Numbered from the stretch's first letter, positions 42,012 through 51,597 are shown. The stretch is DNA of 64,000 nt from an uncultured Candidatus Entotheonella sp. (GCA_965217185.1 OZ244252.1:64001-128000); one strand, 5' to 3'. The notes: a model not told the origin generated them from the letters alone. Made by a program: numbers and translations.

Positions 42012-42440
42012 ATGGTACGGGTTAAAGTCATTGAGGAAATCAGGACGGCTGATCCAAAGGAGAGCGGAGAATGGGAGTTGGCTTTCCAATGGTGTCGATA
42101 CATCGATCAGGAGGATGGCTCCAGTTATCACGGTTATCGATTCATCTGGTATCGGCCGGACGGCAGCCTGCAAGCGGCCAGGGGCCAGGCCCGGCTGCCA
42201 TCCATTCGATTGATCAAGGAACTAACGAAAAGGGCGGAATCGGAAGGTTGGGGAACTTATGACGCAGAAGAAGTCGATGCACCTGACCGGATGAAGCAGG
42301 CAAACGCCGCACGCCACGCGGTGAAAACCCTCGCGGCCCGTGGTGTCTTGCAGTGGAACGGGGGTAAGCCCACAGGGTGCAAGGGTGTAAGGGTAAAGCG
42401 CCATGCCGTGTCGGAAACGGTCATTGAGGGGCGGCGATGA
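42012..42440 (+). CDS. Hypothetical protein with an antitoxin-like C-terminal tail
   Basis: FQWCRY...GYRFIW.RPDGSLQAARGQARLPS domain, then WNGGKP...VSETVIEGRR; ATGA overlap with the PIN remnant. Confidence 0.6.
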   Translation: MVRVKVIEEIRTADPKESGEWELAFQWCRYIDQEDGSSYHGYRFIWYRPDGSLQAARGQARLPSIRLIKELTKRAESEGWGTYDAEEVDAPDRMKQANAARHAVKTLAARGVLQWNGGKPTGCKGVRVKRHAVSETVIEGRR

Positions 42441-42667
42441 TTCTGTATATGGATACCAGTAGCCTCGTGAATCTCAATGAGGTCGTGGCCGGCGAATTGG
42501 CCGTCACGCATGCCCTGCGTGGATTTGATGCCATTCATTTGGCCGCGGCGCTGGAACTTCGCCAGCAAGCAGAGGGAGTTATCGTTACCTTCGCGGTTTT
42601 CGATGTTCGGCTCACGCAGGCGGCCAAGGCCGAGGGGTTCCGGGTAATGGACGATGGTGGTGGTTGA
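42437..42667 (+). pseudogene. VapC/PIN toxin remnant with an internal deletion
   Basis: MILYMDTSSLV joined almost directly to LRGFDAIHLAAA...FDVRLTQAAKAEG; only 76 aa. Confidence 0.7.
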
Positions 42668-42823
42668 TCCGTTCCACAACGTTTCGTAATGATTCCCTCA
42701 TTTGGATCGTCTATAGTTCCTGGCAAGCCGTACGCGATGCAGGTGGTTTTCCTGCATCGCGTACGGCTGTCCAACCGTTTACTTTCGACTGCCATGCCCT
42801 CAGGTAATGAAGGAGAACTCCCA

Positions 42824-43342
42824 GTGAAAGGTCGTAACGCGTTTATCCTGGCCGGATGCCTCGTATTTTGCCTTGGCGTGACCTCCGTCAGCGCCATGTC
42901 GCACGGCGACGGGCTGCCGCGGGTGCCGGCTCTGACGGCCGAACTCGCCGAAACCATCGCCATCACCTGCGCCGAGTACGCCAAGAAGCAGGAAGGCTGG
43001 CGCGCCCTGAACATCGCCATTGTGGACGACGGCGGCGAACTGTTCTACTTCCGCCGCGACCCCACGTCGTTCAAAGGCAGCATCGAGATCGCCATCAACA
43101 AGGCGTGGACGGCGACGCGCTTCGGCTTTCCGACGCGGGCCATCGGCGGCATCGTCAACCGCGAGCCCGGCAAGGTGCATGGCATTCAGTTCATGGATCG
43201 CCTGATCATCTTTCCCGGCGGGCTGCCAATCATTGCGGATGGCACGGTCATCGGCGGGGTTGGCGTCAGCGGCGCTACCGGCGATCAGGACGAAGAGTGC
43301 GCCCAGGCGGGACTCGACGCCGTCATGGACATGCTGAAGTAA
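42824..43342 (+). CDS. GlcG/HbpS-family heme-binding protein, probably exported
   Basis: IAIVDDGG, IAINKAWTA, GGVGVSG..DQDEECA; GTG start after AAGGAG; signal-like N-terminus. Confidence 0.88.
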   Translation: MKGRNAFILAGCLVFCLGVTSVSAMSHGDGLPRVPALTAELAETIAITCAEYAKKQEGWRALNIAIVDDGGELFYFRRDPTSFKGSIEIAINKAWTATRFGFPTRAIGGIVNREPGKVHGIQFMDRLIIFPGGLPIIADGTVIGGVGVSGATGDQDEECAQAGLDAVMDMLK

Positions 43343-43399
43343 ACGTAACACCCGGGGCCGGGGTGGAGATGTTGTCCCGGCCTTGTTTCGCGGCGTGAT

Positions 43400-43711
43400 T
43401 CATTCTCCCTGCCAACGATAGACCTTCAAATCAACTCGGTCGTTCTCGTCGAAGACGACGCCCTCCGACTCCAGCAGCCGCCGCTGAATGAGCGGGCTTT
43501 CAGCGGGGAAGCGCGGGCTGATCTCACCCCGATGGTTGATGACGCGCTGCCACGGCACGTCCGTGCCGCGCGGCAGATAACGCAGTGCATAGCCCACCGC
43601 GCGCGCTGACCGCGGGCTGCCGAGCAGCGCCGCCACCTGACCGTACGTCACCACCTTACCCGGCGGCACCTGCCGAACCAATTCATACACCTCTTCGTAG
43701 AAATGCCTCAT
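43400..43711 (-). CDS. Alkyltransferase-like protein (ATL/YbaZ)
   Basis: VTYGQVA, ARAVG, PWQRV (Trp where MGMT has its catalytic Cys). Confidence 0.9.
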   Translation of the reverse strand: MRHFYEEVYELVRQVPPGKVVTYGQVAALLGSPRSARAVGYALRYLPRGTDVPWQRVINHRGEISPRFPAESPLIQRRLLESEGVVFDENDRVDLKVYRWQGE

Positions 43712-43801
43712 GACGGCCTGCGGGGGTTCATTTGCGCCAATAACGGCGGTAGGTTACGGTTATGTCCCAGGCGCGAACAAACTACTCGTGCGGAGAACGG
43801 A

Positions 43802-45259
43802 ATGGAACTTTACGAACTGCGGCACATGGTAAATCTGGCACTGGACGTGATTGTCGGAGACCCGTCGTTTCTGGAGGCTGAGGTCTGCGCCTCATGGTGC
43901 GAACAGCAGATTGCCGAACTGAACCACGACACCGCCCAGCCCGAAAACGCCGGGCCATCCCTACGCGACGAAACAGCCTGTGGTCTCAGCATCCTCCTGG
44001 TCATGGCCGACGGCGCCGGCCGCAAAGTCGGCCTCGGCGTCGACCGCGATGACCTCTCGCGCGACAGTATCACCCTCGCGTTGGAAATTGCCAAACAGAG
44101 CGCCGTTGTCGATCTGGATTTTACAAGCCTGCCGAAACCGCCGGAAGCGACTCCAACTGCCCCTATGCTGCATGATCCGGCGGTCATGAGCCTGTCCGAC
44201 GATGCCGTCGCGGAGTTGGCCAGTGAGGCGCTGGACGGCGCCCTTTCGACCTTCAGGGAAGCGGCTGTTGAGGCGCCATTCCGGATCAGCGGCGAGGTGC
44301 GCAATCGCACGGAATTGCTGGTGGTCGGCAATTCGCACGGCCTGTTGGCCGAGGACACGTCGACTGCCCTGCTTGCCACCCTGCATGCGCATCTCGGCCC
44401 GCAGCACAGCCACGGCGTCGGCAGCCACAGCGCCACGCATCTCAAGGACTTTTCACCGCACGAAGCCGGCGTCGAGGCGGCCACGGAAGCCCTGCGGGCA
44501 CGCGGCGGCAAGGCTTTGCCGGCCGGTGAGTACACCATCATCTTCGGCCCACGGGCCGTTGCCGACCTGTGTCAGGATCTCCTGCTGCCGGCTCTCAGCC
44601 TCGACACCCTTGCAAGCGGCGCCAGCCCGTTTGAAGGACGATTCGGCCAGCAGATCGCCACCGCCTTTCTGACCGTCGCCGACGAAGGTCGTTATCCCGG
44701 CTTGGTGGGCAGCCGCTCCATGACCGGCGATGGGTTGCCCACCGGCACCACCACGCTGATTACCAATGGTCGTCTGACGGGCCTTCTGGCCGACGCCTAC
44801 CAAGCCCAAGCCATGGCGCCCAAGCTCGGTTCGCTGCCGCCACGCAACGGCATGCGGCACGCCCTGAACGGCGAGAGCTTTGCCATGCGTCCCGGTATTT
44901 TCCCCACTAACGTCACCTTCACCAGCGATGAAGCCGTGCCGCGCGACGCGCTTGTGGCGCCGATAACGAACGGCATTTACGTCGGCGGCCTGTGGGCCAC
45001 GGCATTCCGGCGCGGCGCGGCGCCCGGCGACTTCATCAGCACCGTCGTCGGCCCGTCCTTCCACATTCGCGACGGCAAGCTCGCCCAACCTTTACAGCCT
45101 CGCGTGTTGCACGTCCAGGACAATGTGCTTGACGTGCTGCAGCGCCTCACCGGCCTTTCCACCCTGCGGCGTCCGGTGGTGCTGACCAGCGGCCAGTCCG
45201 TGGTGCTGGCACCCGAGCTGGGATGCAGCCGCGTTTCATTCGTTCAACGTCGAGGATAG
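43802..45259 (+). CDS. TldD/PmbA family protein (PmbA/TldE-like)
   Basis: GEYTIIFGP, DGLPT..TTLITNGRL, IRDGKLAQP; no HExxxH motif. Confidence 0.8.
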   Translation: MELYELRHMVNLALDVIVGDPSFLEAEVCASWCEQQIAELNHDTAQPENAGPSLRDETACGLSILLVMADGAGRKVGLGVDRDDLSRDSITLALEIAKQSAVVDLDFTSLPKPPEATPTAPMLHDPAVMSLSDDAVAELASEALDGALSTFREAAVEAPFRISGEVRNRTELLVVGNSHGLLAEDTSTALLATLHAHLGPQHSHGVGSHSATHLKDFSPHEAGVEAATEALRARGGKALPAGEYTIIFGPRAVADLCQDLLLPALSLDTLASGASPFEGRFGQQIATAFLTVADEGRYPGLVGSRSMTGDGLPTGTTTLITNGRLTGLLADAYQAQAMAPKLGSLPPRNGMRHALNGESFAMRPGIFPTNVTFTSDEAVPRDALVAPITNGIYVGGLWATAFRRGAAPGDFISTVVGPSFHIRDGKLAQPLQPRVLHVQDNVLDVLQRLTGLSTLRRPVVLTSGQSVVLAPELGCSRVSFVQRRG

Positions 45260-45978
45260 CGCAGCGCCCAGCCCAGTTGGCGGGCAATGCCGCGCAGCAG
45301 CCGCACGTCGCGGCGTTCCAGACCGGTGCGCTCGAAAATGCGCCGCAAGCCGCTGAGGGCGCGCTCCACCGCCGGTTCGCCGGGAAAGCCGCGTATCGAA
45401 AACGCCTGCCTAAGGTGCTGGTACATGGCCTCGCTTTCCGCTACGGAGGCGAGTGGCGGCGCCGGGGGTGCGGCGGGGCCATGGCGGGGCTGCGAGATTT
45501 CGTAGCACACGACCGCCACCGCCTGGGCCAGGTTGAGCGACGGCGCCTCAGGGGAGGTAGGAATCGCTACCAGATCGTGACAGGCATCGAGTTCAGCGGT
45601 GGTCAGCCCGGCGTCCTCCGGGCCGAATACCAGGCCAACCCGATACGGCTGGCACAATGCCGGCAATTTATCGCCGAGTTGCCTTGGCGTCAGGGGCGCG
45701 TTGCGGTGCTGGCGCTGGCGCGCCGACGTGCCGGCCAGCCAATGGCACGTGGCGGTGGCGGCGGCCAGGGTGTCATGAATCTCCGCCGCCTCCAGCTGCT
45801 TCCTCGCGCCACTAGCCATCATGCGCGCTTCCGGGTGGGGAAATCGCTCGGGGGCCACGAGCACCAGATGGTTAAAGCCCATGTTGCGCATCACGCGCGC
45901 CACCGATCCGATGTTACCCGGACTTTGCGGGCGCACGAGAATGATGCTGACGTGGTCCTTATTGAGGGTGGGACTCAT
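45244..45978 (-). CDS. trmJ: TrmJ/LasT-family SPOUT RNA methyltransferase
   Basis: PGNIGSVARVMRNMG, FGPEDAGL, SLNLAQAV. Confidence 0.88.
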   Translation of the reverse strand: MSPTLNKDHVSIILVRPQSPGNIGSVARVMRNMGFNHLVLVAPERFPHPEARMMASGARKQLEAAEIHDTLAAATATCHWLAGTSARQRQHRNAPLTPRQLGDKLPALCQPYRVGLVFGPEDAGLTTAELDACHDLVAIPTSPEAPSLNLAQAVAVVCYEISQPRHGPAAPPAPPLASVAESEAMYQHLRQAFSIRGFPGEPAVERALSGLRRIFERTGLERRDVRLLRGIARQLGWALRYPRR

Positions 45979-46026
45979 TCGCGGCGTGCTCCCCACGAGC
46001 CGTTCCAGGCGTTGCCGGAAGCGCGT

Positions 46027-47562
46027 TTAGCCGATCAGGGTCTTGGGTGCGATGCGGTACTTTTTCAACTTGTAGCCGAGTTGCCTGGGAGTGATGCCGA
46101 GCAGCATGGCGGCCCGCGTCTGCACGCCGCCGCTCGTCTGCAGGGCCTCGATGAGCCGCTCGCGCTCGATCTCCGCCACGGCCTTGGGAAGCGTGGATGA
46201 ACGGGTTTCGGGAGGGGGCGCCGGAGTTGCGGCGGGCACCGGAGACAGCGGGGCCGGATTCGGGCTCGTGGAAAGCGGCACGTCCTCGGGCGCCACGATA
46301 TCCCGGCGGGTCATTACGACCATGCGCTCAACGCAATTTTCCAGCTCTCGAACGTTGCCGGGCCAGTCGTACTCGACGATCAGGTCCATGGCGGCGGACG
46401 AAATTTTCAGGCTCCTGCGGTTCTCCGCATTGAAGCGTGCCAGGAAATAGCCCACCAGAGACGGAGTATCTTCGCGCCGCTCGCGCAATGATGGCAGCAC
46501 GATGGGCACGACGTGCAGGCGGTAGTAGAGGTCTTCGCGGAAGCGCCGATCGCGCACCGCCTCTTCCAGATCGACGTTCGTGGCGGCGATGATGCGCACG
46601 TCGACCGAGATCGGGCGATGGCCGCCGACGCGCTCAAAGTTGCGTTCTTGCAGGACGCGCAGCAGCTTCACCTGCATGGCCAGACTCATGTCGCCGATTT
46701 CGTCGAGGAACAAGGTGCCGCTATCCGCAAGCTCAAAACGGCCGCGCCGCGTTTTGACCGCTCCGGTGAAGGCGCCTTTTTCGTGCCCGAACAGTTCGCT
46801 CTCCAGCAACGTTTCCGGCAGCGCGGCGCAGTTGAGCTTGACGAACGGCTGCTGGCGCCGCGCACTCAGCTTGTGTAGCGCACGGGCGACCAGTTCCTTG
46901 CCGGTGCCGCTCTCGCCGCGCAGCAGGATGGTCGAGCGGCTGTTGGCCGCCTGCTGAATCTCGTGCATGATGGCTTTCATGGGAGGGCTTTGGCCGACAA
47001 TCTGATCCGGGTTGTAACTGGCGGAAAGGCCGGCAGCGGTGTCGCCGGTCGTGTCGGGCTGCGCTTTGAGGCGTTCTTGCAGGTTGGCTGTTTGCAGGTG
47101 GCAGCCGAGAACGGTGCCGACGACGTTCAGGCACGTCAGGGCGGTTTCCAGCGGCACGGCTGGCTGTTTGAGGCAGAAAAACACCATGACGCCGACGGCT
47201 TGTTGCACGCCCGTCAAGGGCGTCGACAAGACCACCCCCTCGGACGTGCGGCCCAGCCCGGCGCCGGGCAGCACCGTATGGCGGGCGGTGGCTTCGCCGT
47301 GGGCCTCGATGCCATCAACGAGTTCCCGTCCCATTTGAACGATTTGTTTCTGGTCATCCCCGCAGGCCCATTCTTGCTGCCGCTTGGGTGAGGCATCCGC
47401 CAACACGATAGCGCCGCCGCGCGCGCCCAAGGCGTCAGTCAGCGTGTGCAGGGCGCGGTCGAGGGTCGCGAATGAGTTTCGGCTGCTGCGCACCAGATGC
47501 GTGATCTGTTCGAGTTGCTGCATCGTCCCGTTCAGCGTCGCAGCGCCAGCCGATTTCGCCAT
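46027..47562 (-). CDS. Sigma-54 enhancer-binding protein (GAF-AAA-HTH, NifA-like)
   Basis: GESGTGKE, ESELFGHEKGAFTGA, WPGNVRELEN, LLGITPRQLGY HTH. Confidence 0.92.
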   Translation of the reverse strand: MAKSAGAATLNGTMQQLEQITHLVRSSRNSFATLDRALHTLTDALGARGGAIVLADASPKRQQEWACGDDQKQIVQMGRELVDGIEAHGEATARHTVLPGAGLGRTSEGVVLSTPLTGVQQAVGVMVFFCLKQPAVPLETALTCLNVVGTVLGCHLQTANLQERLKAQPDTTGDTAAGLSASYNPDQIVGQSPPMKAIMHEIQQAANSRSTILLRGESGTGKELVARALHKLSARRQQPFVKLNCAALPETLLESELFGHEKGAFTGAVKTRRGRFELADSGTLFLDEIGDMSLAMQVKLLRVLQERNFERVGGHRPISVDVRIIAATNVDLEEAVRDRRFREDLYYRLHVVPIVLPSLRERREDTPSLVGYFLARFNAENRRSLKISSAAMDLIVEYDWPGNVRELENCVERMVVMTRRDIVAPEDVPLSTSPNPAPLSPVPAATPAPPPETRSSTLPKAVAEIERERLIEALQTSGGVQTRAAMLLGITPRQLGYKLKKYRIAPKTLIG

Positions 47563-47680
47563 TCTTCTAACCCTCCCCGGCAGAAGGTTCTTCAATCTGC
47601 ACGCCCAATGGCATACACGTTGTTAGGGTGGAGGTCAAGCGCCGCGGGCGGTTTTCGGGCGCCGAGTCCTGTTGCATTTG

Positions 47681-47696
47681 TGCTGGAATCGTGCCA
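47681..47696 (-). promoter_or_regulatory. Putative sigma-54 -24/-12 promoter facing the activator gene
   Basis: Minus strand reads TGGCACGATTCCAGCA (GG-N10-GC). Confidence 0.5.
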
Positions 47697-47742
47697 CGGT
47701 CCGATGGAGGAAATTGAGACCCCGTGAGTCCGTGGAGCGAGT

Positions 47743-48465
47743 ATGCGGAACTACGATGCGGTATTTTTCGATGCGGCGAATACCCTCCTTTACCCCTATC
47801 CCTCCGTCGGTGCCGTCTACGCCGAGGTGGCCGCGCGGTATGGCGTGACGACGACGGCTGATGCCGTGCAGGCAGCTTTCCGCCAAGCGTGGACCGAGGC
47901 CCAAGCTGCCACCGACGCGACGCGCTACGGCGTCGGCGAACCCGACGGGCGCCGTTTTTGGCACGCCTTGGTGCATGCCACCTTTGAGCAGGTCGCGTTG
48001 CCCGATGATTTTGAGGCGTTCTTCGATGAGTTGTACTGGCTCTTTTCGCAACCGACCGTCTGGCGGCTTTACCCGGAATGCCTCACGGTGCTTCAAACCC
48101 TGCGCCAGCAAGGGTACGTCGTTGGCATTATTTCCAACTGGGACATCCGATTGCTGGACCTGCTGCACGGCCTGGGGCTGATGGCCTGCGTGCAGCACGT
48201 CAGCATCTCCGCCGTGGTCGGCTGGGAGAAGCCGCACGGCAACATTTTCACGCACGCCCTCGACGCCGTCGATGTGGCCCCGGCGCGCGCCGTGCACGTC
48301 GGGGACAGCCTGCACGCTGACGTGCACGGCGCCCGGCAAGCCGGGATGCAGCCGCTGTGGCTGCGGCGGGACGGCGACGCGCACCGCGATGGCGCACAGG
48401 ACGACGATGCGGTGATTCACGACCTGAACGGTGTTCTCGACTGGCTGGCGAAGCACGACGGGTAG
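47743..48465 (+). CDS. HAD-IA family hydrolase
   Basis: FFDAANTL, ISNWD, EKP, HVGDSLHADV. Confidence 0.9.
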   Translation: MRNYDAVFFDAANTLLYPYPSVGAVYAEVAARYGVTTTADAVQAAFRQAWTEAQAATDATRYGVGEPDGRRFWHALVHATFEQVALPDDFEAFFDELYWLFSQPTVWRLYPECLTVLQTLRQQGYVVGIISNWDIRLLDLLHGLGLMACVQHVSISAVVGWEKPHGNIFTHALDAVDVAPARAVHVGDSLHADVHGARQAGMQPLWLRRDGDAHRDGAQDDDAVIHDLNGVLDWLAKHDG

Positions 48466-48586
48466 GTTCCGGCACGTTGCGCCGTCCAGGGCCTGTTGGT
48501 ATTGTTACCGCACTTTCCGCATCCGCATTTGAACGCATCGGCAATGGGCTGTTTGGCTCGACGGACAGCACTGTTAGGAGTTACGT

Positions 48587-49777
48587 ATGGCTAAGACGCA
48601 GCAAGATTTTCTTGTCGCGGCGCGGCAGGAAATCCCGGAAGTGAGCGTGGATGAGGTGCAGGAGCGCGGCCAGCCCGGTGACGACTTTGTGCTCCTGGAC
48701 GTACGCGAGAACGACGAGGTGCGCGCTGGTTACATCGACGGCGCGGTTGCGATCCCGCGCGGATTTCTCGAATTTCAAGTTGGCGGCAAAATACCGCAGA
48801 CCGACAAGGAAGTGATCGTCTACTGTGCGGGCGGCGCTCGCTCGCTGCTGGCGGCTCAGGTGCTGCGCTCGATGGGGTATGAAAACGTGTCGTCGATGGC
48901 CGGCGGCATTACCCGTTGGAAGGGTGCCGGATTTTCCCTTCAGCGGGACCGGCAGCTGAATGCGGAGCAGCTCGAGCGCTACAGCCGGCATTTCCTGCTG
49001 CCCCAGATCGGCGAAAAGGGGCAGGGGAAACTACTGGACGCCAAAGTCCTGTTGGTTGGTGCCGGCGGCCTCGGCTCGCCCGCCGCGCTGTATCTTGCCG
49101 CCGCGGGTGTCGGCACGCTTGGCCTGGTGGACGCCGACGTGGTGGATCTGTCCAATCTGCAGCGGCAGGTGATGCACAGCAATGACCGCATCGGCATGCC
49201 AAAAACCGAGTCGGGCAAGATCGCCATCAACGCGATCAACCCGGACGTCAACGTGCAGGCCCACAACATGTGGTTGACGACCGATAACGTCCTGGACCTG
49301 TTCGCCGAGTACGACATCATCGTGGACGGCTGCGACAACTTCCCGACGCGCTACCTGGTCAACGACGCCGCGGTTCTGGCGCGCAAGCCGGTGGTGCACG
49401 GCAGCATTTTCCAGTTCGAGGGTCAGGCGAGCGTGTTCAAGCCGCATGAAGGGCCGTGCTATCGCTGCTTGTTTCCCACGCCACCGCCGCCGGGGCTGGT
49501 GCCCTCGTGAAGCGAGGCCGGCGTCCTGGGAGTTTTGCCCGGGGTCATTGGTGTGGTGCAGGCGACGGAAACCGTGAAGCTCATCGTCGGACAGGGCGAA
49601 CCCTTGGTCGGCCGCCTGCTGATGTACGATTCGCTGGCCATGACGTTCCGCGAAATCCGCCTGCGGCGTGATCCGAATTGCCCGCTGTGCGGCGACAATC
49701 CGACCATTACGGAGTTGGTTAACTACGAGGAGCTTTGTGGTCTCACCGCTCCGGAACCGGTGGGTGTGGGTGGCTAA
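48587..49777 (+). CDS. moeB: Rhodanese-MoeB/ThiF (E1-like) adenylyltransferase, probable selenoprotein (UGA at 49508-49510)
   Basis: Rhodanese YCAGGARS; GAGGLGS, SNLQRQ, CYRC; then PPPPGLVPS-TGA-SEAGVLGVLPGVIG continues in frame to CPLC and stop at 49777 (396 aa). Confidence 0.9.
49523..49545 (+). promoter_or_regulatory. Candidate bacterial SECIS hairpin
   Basis: GTCCTGGG-AGTTTTG-CCCGGGGT: 8-bp stem including G-U pairs; loop begins 21 nt after UGA with G at loop position 2. Confidence 0.6.
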
Positions 49778-49791
49778 GACGTACTATTGAA

Positions 49792-49843
49792 CAAAAAGAA
49801 AGGGCCGGCGTGTGTAACATCTCACGCCGGCCCTTTCTTTTTG
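49792..49843. terminator. Bidirectional intrinsic terminator
   Basis: Perfect 21-bp inverted repeat CAAAAAGAAAGGGCCGGCGTG / CACGCCGGCCCTTTCTTTTTG between convergent genes. Confidence 0.9.
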
Positions 49844-49865
49844 CGCCTAGAGGGCTTGCTTTTGG

Positions 49866-50216
49866 CTATTGCCACGTCCCTTTCACGCAGCGCCCGCATA
49901 CCGCATTCGTCGATCCGTCCGGTTTGTGAATCGTCAAGCCGGTGGCATCGCAGCCGATGCCGCAGAGGAAGCCGCCGCCGAAGCCAACGCACATGAGGCA
50001 CTCGGTGTCGCCCTGGCCGAGTTCGTGGTTGTTGTCCAGCCACTCCTGGAAAATGTCGCTCGTATCGGGTTTCTGCTCTTCTTCCTGAGTCGCTGCTGGA
50101 ACGGCCGCGGGTTCATCTGTCGGCGCCTCTTCGGCGTGGCCGCTGATCGCTAAAGCGCCGGCAATGGCAACGGCCAGAGCAACCTGCACCAAAACGGTGT
50201 ACAGTTTCCTATTCAT
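49866..50216 (-). CDS. Small secreted protein: signal peptide, acidic linker and 6-Cys C-terminal domain
   Basis: MNRK + hydrophobic stretch + GHA|EE; CLMC, CGIGC and CGRC in the last 44 aa. Confidence 0.7.
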   Translation of the reverse strand: MNRKLYTVLVQVALAVAIAGALAISGHAEEAPTDEPAAVPAATQEEEQKPDTSDIFQEWLDNNHELGQGDTECLMCVGFGGGFLCGIGCDATGLTIHKPDGSTNAVCGRCVKGTWQ

Positions 50217-50443
50217 CTTCGCACCTGCTAGCCAACGATTGTTCGTGTACCCGTGGCGATTGCCGAACGGGCGGTCCACCGCATTGTCCGCCATCCGCAA
50301 CGCTTACGCCAACGATATTATTTCCCGCCGTCCGTCGGTCCTTGACAGGCCGCGGGGCTTCTGGCTAGATGCGCTGCCGGTTCGGGTGGCCGGGCCACCA
50401 TAATCACAACCCATACCGATTTGCCTGGAAGGAGTTCGCACGC

Positions 50444-51547
50444 ATGCGCGCAAAGGCCGCCATTCTCTACGAAGCTGGTACGCCCCTACGGTTTGAAGAA
50501 GTCGAAGTCGCCCCGCCGCAAGCCGGTGAGGTGCTGGTGCGGTTGTACGCCGGTGGCGTGTGCCACAGCGACCTGCACGTCATGAAGGGCGATCTGCTGA
50601 TGCCCATGCCGATCATCCTGGGGCACGAGGGGTCGGGCGTGGTCGAGGACGTCGGCGCGGGCGTCAAATCGGTGCAACCCGGCGACCACGTCATTCCTAT
50701 CTGGCGTGTTTCCTGCGGCACGTGCGAATACTGTACCGGCGGGCGACCGGCGTTGTGCGACGTGGGCACCGAGATGCGCGTCACCGGGCTCATGGCGGAC
50801 GGCACGACGCGCTTTTCCGTGGCCGGCGAGCCGGTACGGCACTTCGCGGGGGTGTCGAGTTTCTCCGAAGTGTCCACCATGCCGGAAGCTGCGGTGCTCA
50901 AGATTCCCAAAGACTTTCCGTTGGACAAGGCGGCGCTGCTGGGTTGCGGCGTGATAACCGGGGTCGGTGCCGTGGCGAACGGCGCGCGAGTCAAGATGGG
51001 CAGCACGGTGGCGGTATTCGGCTGCGGCGGCATTGGGTTGAATGCGGTGCAGGGTGCCCGCATCGTCGGGGCCCGGCGTATCATCGCGGTTGACGTGGCC
51101 GAACAGAAGCTGGACTACGCCCGCATCATGGGCGCGACGGACACCATTAACGGTGCCGACATGGACGCCGTTGCTGCCATCAAGGACCTCACCGACGGTC
51201 GCGGCGTGGATTATGCGTTCGAGGCTATCGGCATCACCCAAACGATCGAGCAGGCGTACGCGGCGACAAAGAAAATGGGTACCTGTGTGGTCATCGGCGT
51301 CACCCGCGCTGACGTGCGGGTCAACATCAACGCCAACGAGATGGTGTATGCCGAGAAGACGCTGATGGGCTCGCTGTACGGTTCGGCGCGGCCCAAGATC
51401 GATCTGCTGCACCTGATGGAGATGTACCGCTCGGGCCAACTGCTGCTGGATGAGCTGCTTACCCGCACCTGGCCGCTGGCGGAAATCAACGACGCCTATG
51501 CGGCGCTCGAACGCGGCGAGGTGGCGCGCAGCCTGGTGCTTGCGTGA
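50444..51547 (+). CDS. Zn-dependent alcohol dehydrogenase (class III-like MDR)
   Basis: CHSD, GHEG, CGTCEYC...C, GCGGIG. Confidence 0.93.
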   Translation: MRAKAAILYEAGTPLRFEEVEVAPPQAGEVLVRLYAGGVCHSDLHVMKGDLLMPMPIILGHEGSGVVEDVGAGVKSVQPGDHVIPIWRVSCGTCEYCTGGRPALCDVGTEMRVTGLMADGTTRFSVAGEPVRHFAGVSSFSEVSTMPEAAVLKIPKDFPLDKAALLGCGVITGVGAVANGARVKMGSTVAVFGCGGIGLNAVQGARIVGARRIIAVDVAEQKLDYARIMGATDTINGADMDAVAAIKDLTDGRGVDYAFEAIGITQTIEQAYAATKKMGTCVVIGVTRADVRVNINANEMVYAEKTLMGSLYGSARPKIDLLHLMEMYRSGQLLLDELLTRTWPLAEINDAYAALERGEVARSLVLA

Positions 51548-51597
51548 GCCGCGCCGCCGTAACTCGCTGAGGTATTTTCGGAGGACACCCACCCGCC

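Noticed and set aside
43400..43711. Inactivated O6-methylguanine methyltransferase
   Set aside because: Trp in place of Cys is the normal signature of the alkyltransferase-like family
46027..47562. Evidence for nitrogen fixation (nifA)
   Set aside because: The AAA and HTH similarity is shared by many sigma-54 activators; no nif genes in the window
49535..49777. Separate 80-aa gene, or moeB as a nonsense pseudogene
   Set aside because: In frame with the upstream ORF, and the single TGA sits at the conserved Cys with a hairpin after it; recoding is the simpler explanation
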